From positions 704,001-768,000 of the forward strand of contig OY970209.1 of NCBI GenBank assembly GCA_963713855.1: DNA of 64,000 nucleotides. The letters are read 5' to 3'. The notes below the pieces were generated by a model. It was not told the origin of the DNA and did not search any database. It worked only from the letters and a program-made list of their open reading frames with translations. Below are positions 42,183 to 54,000 of the stretch, in pieces (position 1 is the first letter of the stretch; the number at the start of each line of letters is the position of its first letter). The stretch comes from an uncultured bacterium. Its GTDB lineage: Bacteria; Babelota; Babeliae; Babelales; Babelaceae. The position numbers and the translations under genes are program-made.

Positions 42183-44126
42183 TTAACGCAATTTACAGTT
42201 CTTAATTCTAACCGTATTTGAAGTGGCTTTGTTGCCAGATGCATCGCGAACATGTGCATTGAATGATTTTTTTCTGCATGGGCAAACTTTTTTATGAATG
42301 TGTCGACTATTAGTGGTTTTAGTGCGTCCTGTCGACCACTCCACCTCAAAAGGTTTTGTGCCACCTTTGATGGTGCCTCTTAACGTTGTGCACGAATTTT
42401 CGCACAAGCATTTTGCATTAAGCTCAACGCTTAAGCTTGGTGTAGTAGTTTGCACGCCGATGGTGACAGGGTTTGATTTAATGCGACTATTTGTGTTCTG
42501 GGCTGCAACAGTATACGTTATTGTGTGAGCAGGCTTTACCGCGCGATTGAATGGTAAAGTTACGTTAGGGTCTATGTGCTTGTCGGACCAGCTGAGGGTT
42601 ACTTTTGCGCTGTCAGGTGTAGCCTTTATTCCGGAACTTCCTGCAATGGAAGAAACGGTTAAGATAGCTGATTGACCCAAAGTTATGACTTTTTTGTTGG
42701 TTCTTAATTTTATCGCATTTTGGGGCGCTGTAACTTGAACAGTAACGGTTGGTGTCTCACTCGTGCAGCCAGTGGCATCAGTTATTTTTGCAGAGAAGTT
42801 TTCGGTTTTTGTTGGTCTTACGTCTCTTATTACCGGAGGAATAACATTATTTTGCTTAACATTGTCTGACCAAAGAACATTTACTGGTCCGGTTGAACCT
42901 TCAACATCAATGATAAGAGTTGATGATTGACCTGCAGCAATCTGTGCAGGATTTGCTGTCAAAGTAGCACTCAAATTGACAACATTGACCGTCGCATCAT
43001 TAGAATGAGCTGCTGTACAACCAGCTGAATCAACGAGATTGATAAAAGTGTATGTTGTTGTTACATCAGGAGTGACTGTAAAAATAAGCGGCGAATTTCC
43101 GGTTGCTGTTGAGCCGTCGGAGAGTGTGGCTGCAAACGGGGGAGTTCCACCCGTTACTGAAGCTTTTAGATGTGCTTGATTGCCTAGACAAATGTTTTGG
43201 CTAGCTGGTGTAAGCGCAACACCAATTGTATTTCCCACCGTAACAGTTGTAGATGCGGGTGGATTAGTAAGCATGCAGTTAGTTGTAGTGTCCGTAATAC
43301 TTAAAACAGTGTACGTTGTCGTTGTCGTTGGTGAGACCTCAAATACTATGGGCGATGTTACGCCTGTTTTAGATTGCCCGTCAGATAATTGGACGTTATA
43401 AGGACCCGTGCCTCCTGTTACAGTTACTGACACGTGAGAGGTATTACCAGCACAAATGGTTGAGGGATTCGAACTTAAAGCGATAGAAAATCCTTGAGCA
43501 ACGTTAACAATAACAGAATTGGATGGGTCAACCACCAGACATGAACCAGAAATAATGGTAGCAACTGCGTAGCTAGTTGTAATGCTCGGATTGACAGTAA
43601 ACGTGAGGGGAGATCCGCCTGATGCGGTTGTTATTCCATCAGAGAGCGTTGCATCATATGCAGGGCCTTTACCTGTTACTGTTCCAATTATTTCGGCCTG
43701 CTGATTGACGCAAATGGTTTGGCTACTTGGTGTAAGAACCACATTAATCGCATTATTTACATCAACAGTATTTGAGACAGAAGAACAACCTAGATTAGGG
43801 TCTTCAACAGTTACAGAATAAAAGTTTGGCACGCCCACACTGTGCTGAACGGGTGATGGAATGAGGCTCTGACTAAAACCGTCTGGTGACCATATTGTAT
43901 CAAATAAAAAAGGGGGAATACCGCCAGTAACGATTCCAGAAAGTGTTACTGAGTCACCTTCGCAAATGGAAGAAGTTACTGGAATAAGTGAAATAACAAG
44001 CGGACAAGCTTCAGCGGTTTGTTTTTTAGTTTGCTCAGTTACGCTATCGCTTTCGATCGACTTAGCATTAAGAGAAAGTAATAAAATATGCGCAAACAGA
44101 ATAAGGTAAAATAGCATCTTTTTCAT
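42183..44126 (-). CDS. Secreted Ig/PKD-like repeat surface protein
   Basis: Signal peptide, then about 85-aa T/S/V-rich repeats ICxG..L...TGGxxP...SDG..V.P..TT.Y....GC. Confidence 0.8.
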   Translation of the reverse strand: MKKMLFYLILFAHILLLSLNAKSIESDSVTEQTKKQTAEACPLVISLIPVTSSICEGDSVTLSGIVTGGIPPFLFDTIWSPDGFSQSLIPSPVQHSVGVPNFYSVTVEDPNLGCSSVSNTVDVNNAINVVLTPSSQTICVNQQAEIIGTVTGKGPAYDATLSDGITTASGGSPLTFTVNPSITTSYAVATIISGSCLVVDPSNSVIVNVAQGFSIALSSNPSTICAGNTSHVSVTVTGGTGPYNVQLSDGQSKTGVTSPIVFEVSPTTTTTYTVLSITDTTTNCMLTNPPASTTVTVGNTIGVALTPASQNICLGNQAHLKASVTGGTPPFAATLSDGSTATGNSPLIFTVTPDVTTTYTFINLVDSAGCTAAHSNDATVNVVNLSATLTANPAQIAAGQSSTLIIDVEGSTGPVNVLWSDNVKQNNVIPPVIRDVRPTKTENFSAKITDATGCTSETPTVTVQVTAPQNAIKLRTNKKVITLGQSAILTVSSIAGSSGIKATPDSAKVTLSWSDKHIDPNVTLPFNRAVKPAHTITYTVAAQNTNSRIKSNPVTIGVQTTTPSLSVELNAKCLCENSCTTLRGTIKGGTKPFEVEWSTGRTKTTNSRHIHKKVCPCRKKSFNAHVRDASGNKATSNTVRIKNCKLR

Positions 44127-44341
44127 TTTATTCCTAATCTCTTTTTGTTTTATCGATCAAGCCCCATCATAAAATATTCAACAAATTTAGGCTAGATCTT
44201 AGGTCGAAGGATTCTGAGTCGTCAAGAAAGATGCATGAAGGAGTTGCGAAATTAAATTTGATCAAATATTTCTGTAGCTGCGACTAAAAAGTTTTTCTGT
44301 CAAAAATTACCTTTCAGAACCGGATTTCGGTGAGCTCTAAA

Positions 44342-44383
44342 AGAAGAGATGAGCAAGTACTTAATATTCGCTCGTCTCTTTTT
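44342..44383. terminator. Hairpin downstream of the propeller gene
   Basis: AAGAGATGAGC...GCTCGTCTCTT followed by T-runs. Confidence 0.55.
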
Positions 44384-44398
44384 ATTTTGGGTGAAAAT

Positions 44399-46693
44399 CT
44401 AAACGGTGGTCACGCTACGTTCCTGGCCATCAAAATTAATAGCTCTTTGCGGCGCTCTCCATTGGCGCCATAATCTGTAGATAACAAAGCCTCCAGTTAT
44501 CGCTGCCGCTACGGTAAGAAATAGAGCCGGTATTCCTATGGAGACCCCAACAATAAGCCCGGTATAATCAGTGCTGCCGCTTGAACTTTTAGAAGAGCCG
44601 AGTAGAGGGACTACCGAAACATCATTTGATATGGCGTTGGCTGTTGCGACGACCATTTGCCCATTGCTTGAGATTATAGGCGAGAAAGCCAATCCTGCAC
44701 AACCAGTTGAATTAAACGGTAATGAATATGAAAGACCTTGGCCGAGGGTGCCACCATTGACAGGAAATACCGTGATGGTATCGCTCAATTCATCAGCTGT
44801 TCCAACGTATGCATTGTTGGATGAGATGGCTAGCGCTTGTGGATTGCCAGCGCCAAGAGGTAGCGAATAATCAGCCGGGCTAACCAGACTGCCCGAATTG
44901 ACCGCGAAGGTCATCAGATTATCTGTATAGCTGTTAGCTACGACAACAAGCAAACCACCATTTACACCTAAAAATGCTACTGATTCTGGTCCAGCAGCAT
45001 TATTGGGCATCGGCTGCGTAACTCTGCTCGTAAGTTTGCCATTGAGTACTGTAAAGAAGGCGATGCTATTGTTTAAATTTGCCGTTGCCAAAAATAACCC
45101 GTCTGGCGAAATGGCAATCGATACAGGATTTGAAGATTCTGCTGGCAGTTGATAAGAAGCAGATGTTGCTAATGCGTTGTCTGCTATATCAAAAATAACG
45201 ACGCAACCAGAATCAGCAGCTACAGCAAGATATGAATTATCGGGCGCGAATGCTAATGCTGTGGGTTTAGAGCAGCCCCCAGGCAATGGTGTCGATTTGG
45301 CGCCTGTTAGTTGGTTCTGAGCAAGCTGAAAAAGAGTGACGGTATTCGAACCGCTGTTAGACGTTGCTAATAAACCATTCGTGGAAATGGCTATGCCTGA
45401 AGGGTATAGCGATCCAGCAGGCAATTGATAAGAGATAGGTTGGAAGAGCTTATTAAATATAAATGCAGTCACATCGCTTGAGTTGTAATTGGCAGTAAAA
45501 AAGGCGGTGCCATCAGGTGAAAAAACGATAGCATCAGGTTGACGAGAACCTGGAGGCAAAGGATATGAGGTGCTTGCTGAACTAACAAAGCTAGAGCAAG
45601 TGAATAAGGATACATCTCCACTGGTTACATTGGGTGTAGCAATCAAACCGCTAGGTGAAATAGCAACGATACCGACTCCTACTGCACCTGGTGGCTGCTG
45701 ATAAGTAGTTCCATAACTCAGATTACATCCTGGTCCCACAGGAAAAACTGTTATATTGCTTATATTTCCTGAACCGCTGTTTCCAACTACAAGAAACGCC
45801 CCATTTTCCGAAAATGCTAAGTAACCCGGTTGAACAGAGCCAGATCCGGGTGGTAACGAGTATGGGGTACCGGGGGTATTAAGAGTGCCCCCCGAACCGA
45901 TGGTATACACGATAATCTCATTGATTCCGGGTCCAGTAGCGACAACATATTGCCCATCCGGTGAAAATACAGCTGAAGTGACTGGTGCGCCTTCGGTATA
46001 TAATGTGCCGCCATTCAAAGCTCCACCAGATCCAACTTGAAATATCGTTAGACTAGCCGAAAGATTGCCGGTAACGACTAGTTGGCCATCGGGCGAAGTA
46101 TCTATTGATGAAGGTGACGCACCGGATGGAAGAGGGTACCGTGTACCACTACTCAAAACACCTCCGGATGAAACTTGATATACTGCAACGTCGTTGCTTA
46201 TTCCATTTGCAACAAAGAGGTATTTTCCGTCTTTTGAAAAAACAAGTGATCCTGAACCCAAAGAACCAGCAGGTAATGGATAAGAAACTGGTGTACCAAG
46301 AGTGCCGTCTAAGTTAACGGGGATCATGAACACTGCGTTTTGATTATTAATTGCGGCGAGGTATAACCCATCTGGTGAAAACTTTGGTGTCGTTGCAAAC
46401 GAGGCAGGAAGGGTGTAAGCAGCCCCGGTGCCTGGAGTTCCGTCATGGTTTATTGGTGTCACTACTAGGGTGTTATTACCCTCATACCCAATAGCAAGCA
46501 ATTCAATTGGTGAGCTTGCTGGAGAAAAGGCCGCCGAGCCAGGTTCAACTCCAGACCCAGGAGGCGTATATCTGGTGCTCGAAAGTCCACACATGCCATA
46601 AATCTGGCTATTTCCAAGAAAAAAAAGAAAGAGTAGAAAGGGAAAAAGATGAACGAGAAAAGTGCACAATGCAGTACTTCTTGTGAAAACCAT
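44399..46693 (-). CDS. Double beta-propeller protein with C-terminal TM anchor
   Basis: About 14 repeats of YxLPxGS..P...FSPDG..AN..SxDV. Ser linker, TM LIVGVSIGIPALFLTVAAAITGGFVIY, basic tail. Confidence 0.85.
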   Translation of the reverse strand: MVFTRSTALCTFLVHLFPFLLFLFFLGNSQIYGMCGLSSTRYTPPGSGVEPGSAAFSPASSPIELLAIGYEGNNTLVVTPINHDGTPGTGAAYTLPASFATTPKFSPDGLYLAAINNQNAVFMIPVNLDGTLGTPVSYPLPAGSLGSGSLVFSKDGKYLFVANGISNDVAVYQVSSGGVLSSGTRYPLPSGASPSSIDTSPDGQLVVTGNLSASLTIFQVGSGGALNGGTLYTEGAPVTSAVFSPDGQYVVATGPGINEIIVYTIGSGGTLNTPGTPYSLPPGSGSVQPGYLAFSENGAFLVVGNSGSGNISNITVFPVGPGCNLSYGTTYQQPPGAVGVGIVAISPSGLIATPNVTSGDVSLFTCSSFVSSASTSYPLPPGSRQPDAIVFSPDGTAFFTANYNSSDVTAFIFNKLFQPISYQLPAGSLYPSGIAISTNGLLATSNSGSNTVTLFQLAQNQLTGAKSTPLPGGCSKPTALAFAPDNSYLAVAADSGCVVIFDIADNALATSASYQLPAESSNPVSIAISPDGLFLATANLNNSIAFFTVLNGKLTSRVTQPMPNNAAGPESVAFLGVNGGLLVVVANSYTDNLMTFAVNSGSLVSPADYSLPLGAGNPQALAISSNNAYVGTADELSDTITVFPVNGGTLGQGLSYSLPFNSTGCAGLAFSPIISSNGQMVVATANAISNDVSVVPLLGSSKSSSGSTDYTGLIVGVSIGIPALFLTVAAAITGGFVIYRLWRQWRAPQRAINFDGQERSVTTV

Positions 46694-47049
46694 AATAATC
46701 CTTGTGTTTTTAATTCCTAGAACGTACTAACATTTTAAAAACATTTTTTTGTCAATGAGAACTATGTGCTAATCAGGATTCCAAGCCATTATCCAATAGG
46801 TCTTAATCATGGCCAGAGTACTAATTGATGAGCGTTACGATACTTGCCTCAAATCCTTTTTCCTGCATAGGTATTCTCAATTTTACAGATGTCCTTAAGA
46901 ACATGCGGATGCTTTCATTTAACAGATGCTACATTCATTTAATAAACAGTCAACAAACACATAAAATTGCCTAATTTTGTTGAAAAATGTTGCTTTTAGT
47001 AGTTAATATTGATTGTCTGAAACTTTTAAAGGGATTTTCCATTGATGCA

Positions 47050-47734
47050 ATGAAGAAAACGAATCTGGCTTAGACTTCTTCTAACAGTTTTTTCTCCGGC
47101 CTTCCAGCTATGGAAGAGGATGATGATTCTGGTGGTAGTGGACCGAAACTGAATATCAAGCTGCCCTCATTGCAAAGCGGGCTGAAATTGAATCAAGTTG
47201 GGGAATTACTCGGTGGTTAATCGGGCGACGGGATAATAGAGCTTATCAGTTTATGCTTCCCGTTAATATTGATCTTGTTACTGCAAACGCTAACTATATC
47301 AGCGTCTTAAATCAAATTCAGACGAAAGCATAACACCAACCCAACAAAGTGAAAGTATCAGTCTTGAATACGGTTGGAACAGGCTCCAGGGCGCTGCCGG
47401 AGGTTTATATCGGTGGATGACCGGCACTTCTGCTGAACCAGAAAAGGGGCTCACGCTTTCTGTGCATCAATTTGCTGATTTTAAAAATCAGGTAGACCAT
47501 TTTTATGGCAGACAAATTTCTGATCTTATGGCCATGAGAGATTTTATCGTGAAAGACAAAGATGATATCAAAAAAGCTTCTCCTTTTAGCAATGATACTT
47601 ATGTTATAGCTTTTCAATCTCTTATCGATGGACGCGTTGAAGCCTTGCGAGACGAATACGAAACTAATGTCAAAGCTATCCTACAGGAATACGGTATAAA
47701 AACTGCTGCACAAATTGGCAAAATCGCCGTATAG
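47050..47734 (+). pseudogene. Degraded secreted-protein gene; 47417..47734 is its 3' fragment
   Basis: ATG 47050 reads MKKTNLA*TSSNSFFSGLPAMEEDD, a signal-like start with AME and an in-frame stop, followed by further breaks. Confidence 0.45.
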
Positions 47735-47873
47735 GCGAAGAAAAGGTGTAACAAGCCTGAATGAGAGTCTTCCAAAATGCGTTAATGAGTTTATAAAGAA
47801 GTGGCTATAAGCTTTTAAATCTTCCTTGAATAAAGAGCAATGGATAAGCTCAGAAATTAATTGCTTAGTTCTA

Positions 47874-50195
47874 TTAAATCGTTTCGCTAGCCGACATTCC
47901 ATCACTTGGGCCAAAGTTCACACTTCCACCAGCGGCTTTGCATTTACGCCATAGCCTGTAAAACAAGAGTCCTCCTGTGGCCGCTACAGCAATAATACCA
48001 AGAGTTACTGGAGTACCTACCGACGTTCCAATAATAAGTCCTAGATAAGAAGTGCCAGAGCTATCTTCCGGTGCTGGTCCAAGAAGAGGAACAAGAGAGA
48101 CGTCGTTGGATTGGCTATTAGCTGTTGTAACCAATATTTGTCCATTTGACATAACCGGAGAAACAGCGATTGCTACACAGTCACTCGAAGTGAGGGGTAA
48201 CGAAACAGGAACGCCTAGGTTGCTGATGGTGCTGCCAGAAATTTGAATCAGTGCTATGTTATCAGAAAAACTATTAGCACTAGCAATAAAGCGGTTATTT
48301 GCAGATGCAGCCAATGATCTAGGATTGAATGTGCCTAGAGGTAATGGATACGAAGTTCCATTGCTCGGGACGCCTGCACTAATAGTAAAGGTGGTTATGT
48401 CGTTAGTATCGCCATTAGCCGTAATGGCAAACAGGTTATTGTTGCCATCAGGTAAGAGGAGTACCGCTTGCGGCATTATTGATCCACTTGGTAAAGGTTG
48501 AGAGATAGCACGACTGAGCGCGCAGTCGCCTGCGACGAGAAATACTGTTATATCGTTGGATATTGTATTAGCGGTTACCAGGTAGGTATTGTTAGTGACA
48601 GTATCAGATCCAAAAGACACGGCAACGGGGTAATGGGAGTTAGCAGGCAATATATACGAAATAGGGTTGGTGAGCTTGCCGGCTTGGACGTTGAATACGG
48701 TTACGTCACTTGAATTACTATTTGCTGTAGCAAGGCATGATATGTCGTGAGAAAAAGCTAAAGCAGACGGGTTGCTCGAATTTATAGGAAGTCCATACGA
48801 TGTTCCTGTTCCTAATTGACCCTGTGTCAGGGCAAAAACAACGACGTTATTTGAAAGGCTATTTGCTATTGCAACCGATGAGTCATTCGATAAGAATGCA
48901 ACGGCGGAAGGCTGCTGCGATCCAACTGGTAACGGATACGATTTAGCGCCCATAAGCACGTTGGGAACGGTTGTTTCATTAACATAAAAAAGGGTGACAT
49001 CGTTTGATTTTGCATTTGCGGTAAGAAGATAGCTACCGTGTTGCGAAAAAGCAATCGCATCAGGACTTATAGAACCAGATGGTAGTGGGTATGAAGTTGC
49101 TGTCGTAGGGCAATTCAACGTAAGAACTGATATGTTGTTCGAATTATTATTGGCAAGCGCAATATACGCACCATTTGGGGAAATAGCAGCACTGCCCGGA
49201 TTGCTTGAACCGGCAGGCAGAGGGTAGGAAATTGCTCCAGTCAATACTCCAACTCCTACATTAAAGATTGTTATGTCATTAGATCCCCAGTTAGCAGAAA
49301 TTATGTTCGCGCCGTCAGGTGAAAATGCAACCGACCGAGGATTTGAAGATCCAGAAGGCAAAACATAGGATACTGCCCCTATAAGCTGTGCTCCTTGTTG
49401 GATATTAAACAAAGTGACATCATTTGAATTTTGATTTGCGGTAGCAAGTTGGGTGCCATCTGGTGAGATTGCCAACGAATCTGGATGTGTCGAGCCAGTA
49501 GGTAGCGGGTACGCTACAGCATTGCTCAAAACCCCTCCTGCGCTTACCTGAAATACTGACACGCCGTTCGAGCCTGCGTTCGAAGCAAAAAGATAAGCAC
49601 CATCAGCGGAGAATATAATGCTTTCAGGCGTGGTAGATCCGGTGGGAATCGCATAAGAAATACCTGGCGACAGCACTCCTCCTGCGCCTACAGAAAACAT
49701 GCATATCTGATTGGAGCCTGCAGCAGCAACTGCAAGAAATAATCCATTAGGTGAGAATATCGCTGAAACAGGATTTGTAGATCCAGCAGGTAATGAATAC
49801 GCGGTAGCCCCACTGGCAATGCCGGAATTTATTTGAAATATTGATACTGTGTTTGAGTTAAAATCAGCTGTGGCAAGATACTTGCCATTGAGCGAAAAAG
49901 ATACAGTGGAAGTCTCGGTTGAACCAGTTGGCAGCAAGTATGAGTTTCCTGCAGCCAAACTACCTCCCGATTCCACATGAAAAACCGATACGTCATTGGA
50001 ATTGAAGTTAGCCGTGGCAAGATATAAACCATCTGGTGAGAAAGCCACGTAATACGGAGCGGTAGATGTACCAGGCAGTACGTAATTGGCTCCAGCCAAT
50101 GGACAGATAGCAGTATGGGTTGGGCGTACGAGTAGAATACATAATAAGAGAAGAGATAGGTAAGTGGCTTTATCTCGGATTGACATGATCAGCAA
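47874..50195 (-). CDS. Double beta-propeller protein with C-terminal TM anchor (paralog)
   Basis: Same repeat and tail as 44399..46693 (SNDVSLVPLLG, GLIIGTSVG, YRLWR). Confidence 0.85.
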   Translation of the reverse strand: MLIMSIRDKATYLSLLLLCILLVRPTHTAICPLAGANYVLPGTSTAPYYVAFSPDGLYLATANFNSNDVSVFHVESGGSLAAGNSYLLPTGSTETSTVSFSLNGKYLATADFNSNTVSIFQINSGIASGATAYSLPAGSTNPVSAIFSPNGLFLAVAAAGSNQICMFSVGAGGVLSPGISYAIPTGSTTPESIIFSADGAYLFASNAGSNGVSVFQVSAGGVLSNAVAYPLPTGSTHPDSLAISPDGTQLATANQNSNDVTLFNIQQGAQLIGAVSYVLPSGSSNPRSVAFSPDGANIISANWGSNDITIFNVGVGVLTGAISYPLPAGSSNPGSAAISPNGAYIALANNNSNNISVLTLNCPTTATSYPLPSGSISPDAIAFSQHGSYLLTANAKSNDVTLFYVNETTVPNVLMGAKSYPLPVGSQQPSAVAFLSNDSSVAIANSLSNNVVVFALTQGQLGTGTSYGLPINSSNPSALAFSHDISCLATANSNSSDVTVFNVQAGKLTNPISYILPANSHYPVAVSFGSDTVTNNTYLVTANTISNDITVFLVAGDCALSRAISQPLPSGSIMPQAVLLLPDGNNNLFAITANGDTNDITTFTISAGVPSNGTSYPLPLGTFNPRSLAASANNRFIASANSFSDNIALIQISGSTISNLGVPVSLPLTSSDCVAIAVSPVMSNGQILVTTANSQSNDVSLVPLLGPAPEDSSGTSYLGLIIGTSVGTPVTLGIIAVAATGGLLFYRLWRKCKAAGGSVNFGPSDGMSASETI

Positions 50196-50290
50196 CCTCC
50201 AAGCTTTTTTTATGCTTAAATACGGTTGTTAATTTTTGGACTTAAAACTTAAATCAGATTAGCACTGAGAGAAGCGGATATCAACGATGG

Positions 50291-50494
50291 CTAAAAAGTT
50301 CTCAAAAAATATTTTCAGAACCGGACGATGAGACACTAACAGAGACGGGCGAGTATTTAATATTCGTCTCTTTTTAGATGTTTTATTATTTTATGTGATG
50401 AAAATCTAACGGTGCTTACACAACATTCCTGGCCATCAAAATTAATAGCTCTTTGCGGAGTTCTCCATTGGGCCCATAATCTGTAGATAACAAA
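50291..50494 (-). repeat. Degenerate copy of 44284..44488 (propeller 3' end, terminator and downstream DNA)
   Basis: 33-nt identical core TTCCTGGCCATCAAAATTAATAGCTCTTTGCGG at 44420-44452 and 50426-50458, with collinear flanking matches. Confidence 0.9.
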
Positions 50495-50544
50495 CCCTGT
50501 AAGGATTATCTGATCTAGCAGACAATTTTGCTCAATGATTTAGT

Positions 50545-50997
50545 TTAAGCGTAATCCAGTGGTCGGCCAACTTCGAAAACTTTGCCATTAATACTAACTA
50601 TTTGAGCCTCAATGAACAAAGCTGCTGCTCCTAACTCAATATCAAAATTAGCGGAAGAGCTCCAGTAATTTAGCCAGGTCACGTTATTGGTTGAAGCAGA
50701 CGCGATAACCTTGATTGTGCCAATACCCTCTTTGTACCAGCTTATTGATGTTAACTCATAACGATCTTCAGGATCGGGATCATAAATCTCAAAACGTCTT
50801 TTGCCAGTGTCATTTACAAAATAGAACGTTGATACTTTGGAGAAAATTACATTAACAAACTCAAAATCATCATCTGATTTATAAACTTTAACGACAAAAG
50901 CTATAGTATGCTGAAGGATGTCAAATTCGAGCTTTTGAATTCTGCCTTCTTCCAGTTGTGCAAGAGTTTCATTTAACGTTAAATTCTTGGTTTCCAT
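50545..50997 (-). CDS. Putative immunity protein (YxiG-like)
   Basis: Small acidic ORF 11 nt after the toxin stop. Motifs F..V..FYF, YELTSI and NF.IE..LFIEA..V.ING. Confidence 0.7.
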   Translation of the reverse strand: METKNLTLNETLAQLEEGRIQKLEFDILQHTIAFVVKVYKSDDDFEFVNVIFSKVSTFYFVNDTGKRRFEIYDPDPEDRYELTSISWYKEGIGTIKVIASASTNNVTWLNYWSSSANFDIELGAAALFIEAQIVSINGKVFEVGRPLDYA

Positions 50998-51008
50998 TCA
51001 ATGCATCC

Positions 51009-54000
51009 TTAGCATTTTTTAACTATATTTTGTATTTGTTCGAAGTAATTCTCAGTTAACTCGATATGAGTTAATTTAGGTTTGTTAGATAGCTTGCCTT
51101 CAATTGTGAGGGCCGACTTAGGAACGGTAACCCTAAAATAAGGCTTTGGTCGCATTCCCGATCCAGCATCCATCAATCTGATTTCTATTTTTCTATTGTC
51201 CTTCAAAATCGCAACAACCCACCCTTTGCCGTTTTTAGCCTCCTTTATAGTTCCCTTAAAGAAATTAGCCACTTTTTCGGCAGCCGCTCTTGTATTAAAA
51301 TCGACTACTTGACTCCCTTTTTTAATATAGCCTGTTTTTGCGACATTGGTAGCGAAGGATGAAAGACGCTTGAATATAGAATCTGTTTTTACCTTTTTAA
51401 CCGACTTAAGAGATTTTAAGATCTTATATGCGCACCATTTAACCGTCTTTCCAATGCTGCGAGCGTGGGGTATTGCAAGCAGACCAAGAACGGCAAGCTT
51501 TGTTTTTAAACTTGCTTCTTTGTCGGTTAAGGTTTGATAGGCTGCTTTGATATCGCCTACGACGGGAACAAGGTCGAGCAAAAAACTACATACGATCCCC
51601 CGTTGTCTAAAATGCTCAGTTAGAATCTCTCGCTCAGTTACCATCAATTTTAGAATATCTGCTTCACTTTTATCTTTCGTAAGACCAGATTGCTTGAGAA
51701 TGTCATCGAACTCTTTAAGAAGTTGATCAAAATAGTTTATTGTTCCACTGACCTTAAGAATTGCGCTCTTGCCTTTGTAGGTGATTGTTATGGTTCCATC
51801 AGGGTTGTGCTCCACATGCGCGACTAGCTGATCGTCTTTTTGTTGCAAAGTACCTAGCGATAGCTCTTCTACAGTTAGTTTTTCGCCGTTAATACATGTT
51901 TCAGAGCCAGAATAAGAGGCTTCTTTTTGCTCATTAGTCGGGTTTGAATCGTTATTGCTGCTAGTTTGCTCATTAGATATTTTTTCCGGCTCTTGTGGTT
52001 CTTTATTTGTATCATCACTTTCGAGCTTGTTTATAATTTGGGCTATTGCTTCCTTTTCTGCCTCTGTTGGCTTTTGAATGCCAAGTTCTTCAATTAGTTT
52101 GTCAAATATATCCGCAGTAATGGGCTCATTATGGGATAAGACCGTTTTGACTTTATCTAAGCCCTTTTTAAATTTTTCCCGGTCAACGATAGGTATAACT
52201 GCTCTATATACCGTACTTTCAATAGGATCAACGGCGTGTATCTGTGCTCTATCGCGATTGATCTTAGATAGATCATCTTCCGTTATAATGAGCATCGTCT
52301 TATCGATAGTAGCGCGAGTTTTCTCATCCTGAGATTCATTAAAAAGACGAGCATCTACTATAGCTCGTATACCTAAGATATCGCTGCCTTGAGTGGAGGC
52401 TGTATTTGAAAGGTTGATACTGCTAGACTCGCTATAGCCATCTATATCTTCATGGTAGATGTTTTTAGCTTGTACACGAGCATCTGGGTCATCGCTTGTT
52501 ATATAGGCACCGTTTAGATTTAAGGTGTCTGTGAGCACATTAAGATGCTTGCTAGCATGTATGCCTGACGGTTCCCTTATTGTTTTTTGAGCACGTTTAT
52601 GGTAGTTAAAAGCAGCGGCAATTGTTGAGGCACCGTCCAAGACGCTTGCGCCGGCAGTAAAGCCATTTCTAGTGTCGGATACTGATGCAAGATCTAACTC
52701 TTTTTTAACGTTAATATCGGCATTTGTAACATTTACTCTGCATCCATGACAATGCACATTTTCTGCGCGTAATGTAAAGTTGCCTGCATTAATTTTCACA
52801 TTGTTATACGATGTAGAATCTTCTTGGGTATAGCTGGCATCCACGCCCAATGAACCATCATTACCAAAGGTCATTCCCAGTGTAGTTGTTCCTTTGGCGT
52901 ATTCGTCGCGAGCTGCTTTTCCATGGACTTCTTTTGCATCAATTGTGACGTCGTGCGCGTGTATTTCCGTGCCATCTAAAAGTAGCAGCTGATTTCCGCT
53001 TTTGAGTTCTACTTGCGAGCCATTGATCACTGTTTTCAAGTTGCTTGTAGAATGTTCGTGGGATTGCACAGTTCCGAGCCGCCAGAGCATTCGTGGATTG
53101 AATTTTCCGGAATCGTCGGTAAGACCAAGCCGTTGTCCGAGTACTCGAATTGCAGGATGCTGACTTGTTTTAGCTTGCTCTTCATAGGCTAAAAAGAGCC
53201 GAAGTGCTTCAATTGTACTATAGGTGCTGTTCGCGACCTTGTCTGCCGCGTTTGATGATTCTTTAAGCGCAAGAAGAGCTGCAAGTAGCGGGTCCTCATT
53301 TACTAAATACCATGCTGCTCCTTGTATGTCATCGTTTTCAAGAGCTTGTATGCTTTTAGATCCAAAAAACGAAACACCAAAACTCCATCCATCGCTTTGG
53401 ATGTTCGTAAGCTTCTTTGCTCCTTTAAAGACGTTGTCGCGTGCAGCTACAATGTGTATTGGCTCATTGTCGTTAGTAAAGATAACAGCTTGAAAAACGT
53501 TATCAAGGGCAGAATCAAACTCGAGCTTGCCGGTGTTTTCAAACGTTGTTTGTGCATAGCCTCTTGTGTGAACTGTGTCGACTACATGTCCGAAGCTAAA
53601 TGTGTCAAACCCAGTTTTTGCTTTAGCAAGACTTATATCCAAAGCAAGCGGCTTAAATTCGTTGCCGAGAGCTGATTTAAAGGTAAATCCTGCACCTCTA
53701 AAGCTACTGGCAGTATCTTTTATCTGCCCTGCAGTAGACTCAATAAAGACGTTACCTTGGCTGTGTATTTCTGAGCGATGTACTTTTATACCATCTAGCG
53801 ATATTTGTTCAAAGCTCATCCCGTTAACATGCGAGGTCTGCTCTGCAGTATGGCTCACAAGGCTTTTGAGAACAACATTGGCATAGCTTTTAAGGTGAAC
53901 ATCGCCTCGTGCTATGATTCTAGAAGCTTCGTTAAGAAAACGACCCGCTTGAGCAACGATGGTCATATCTCCGCCCGAAATCAAGCGTCCCGGGTAATAA

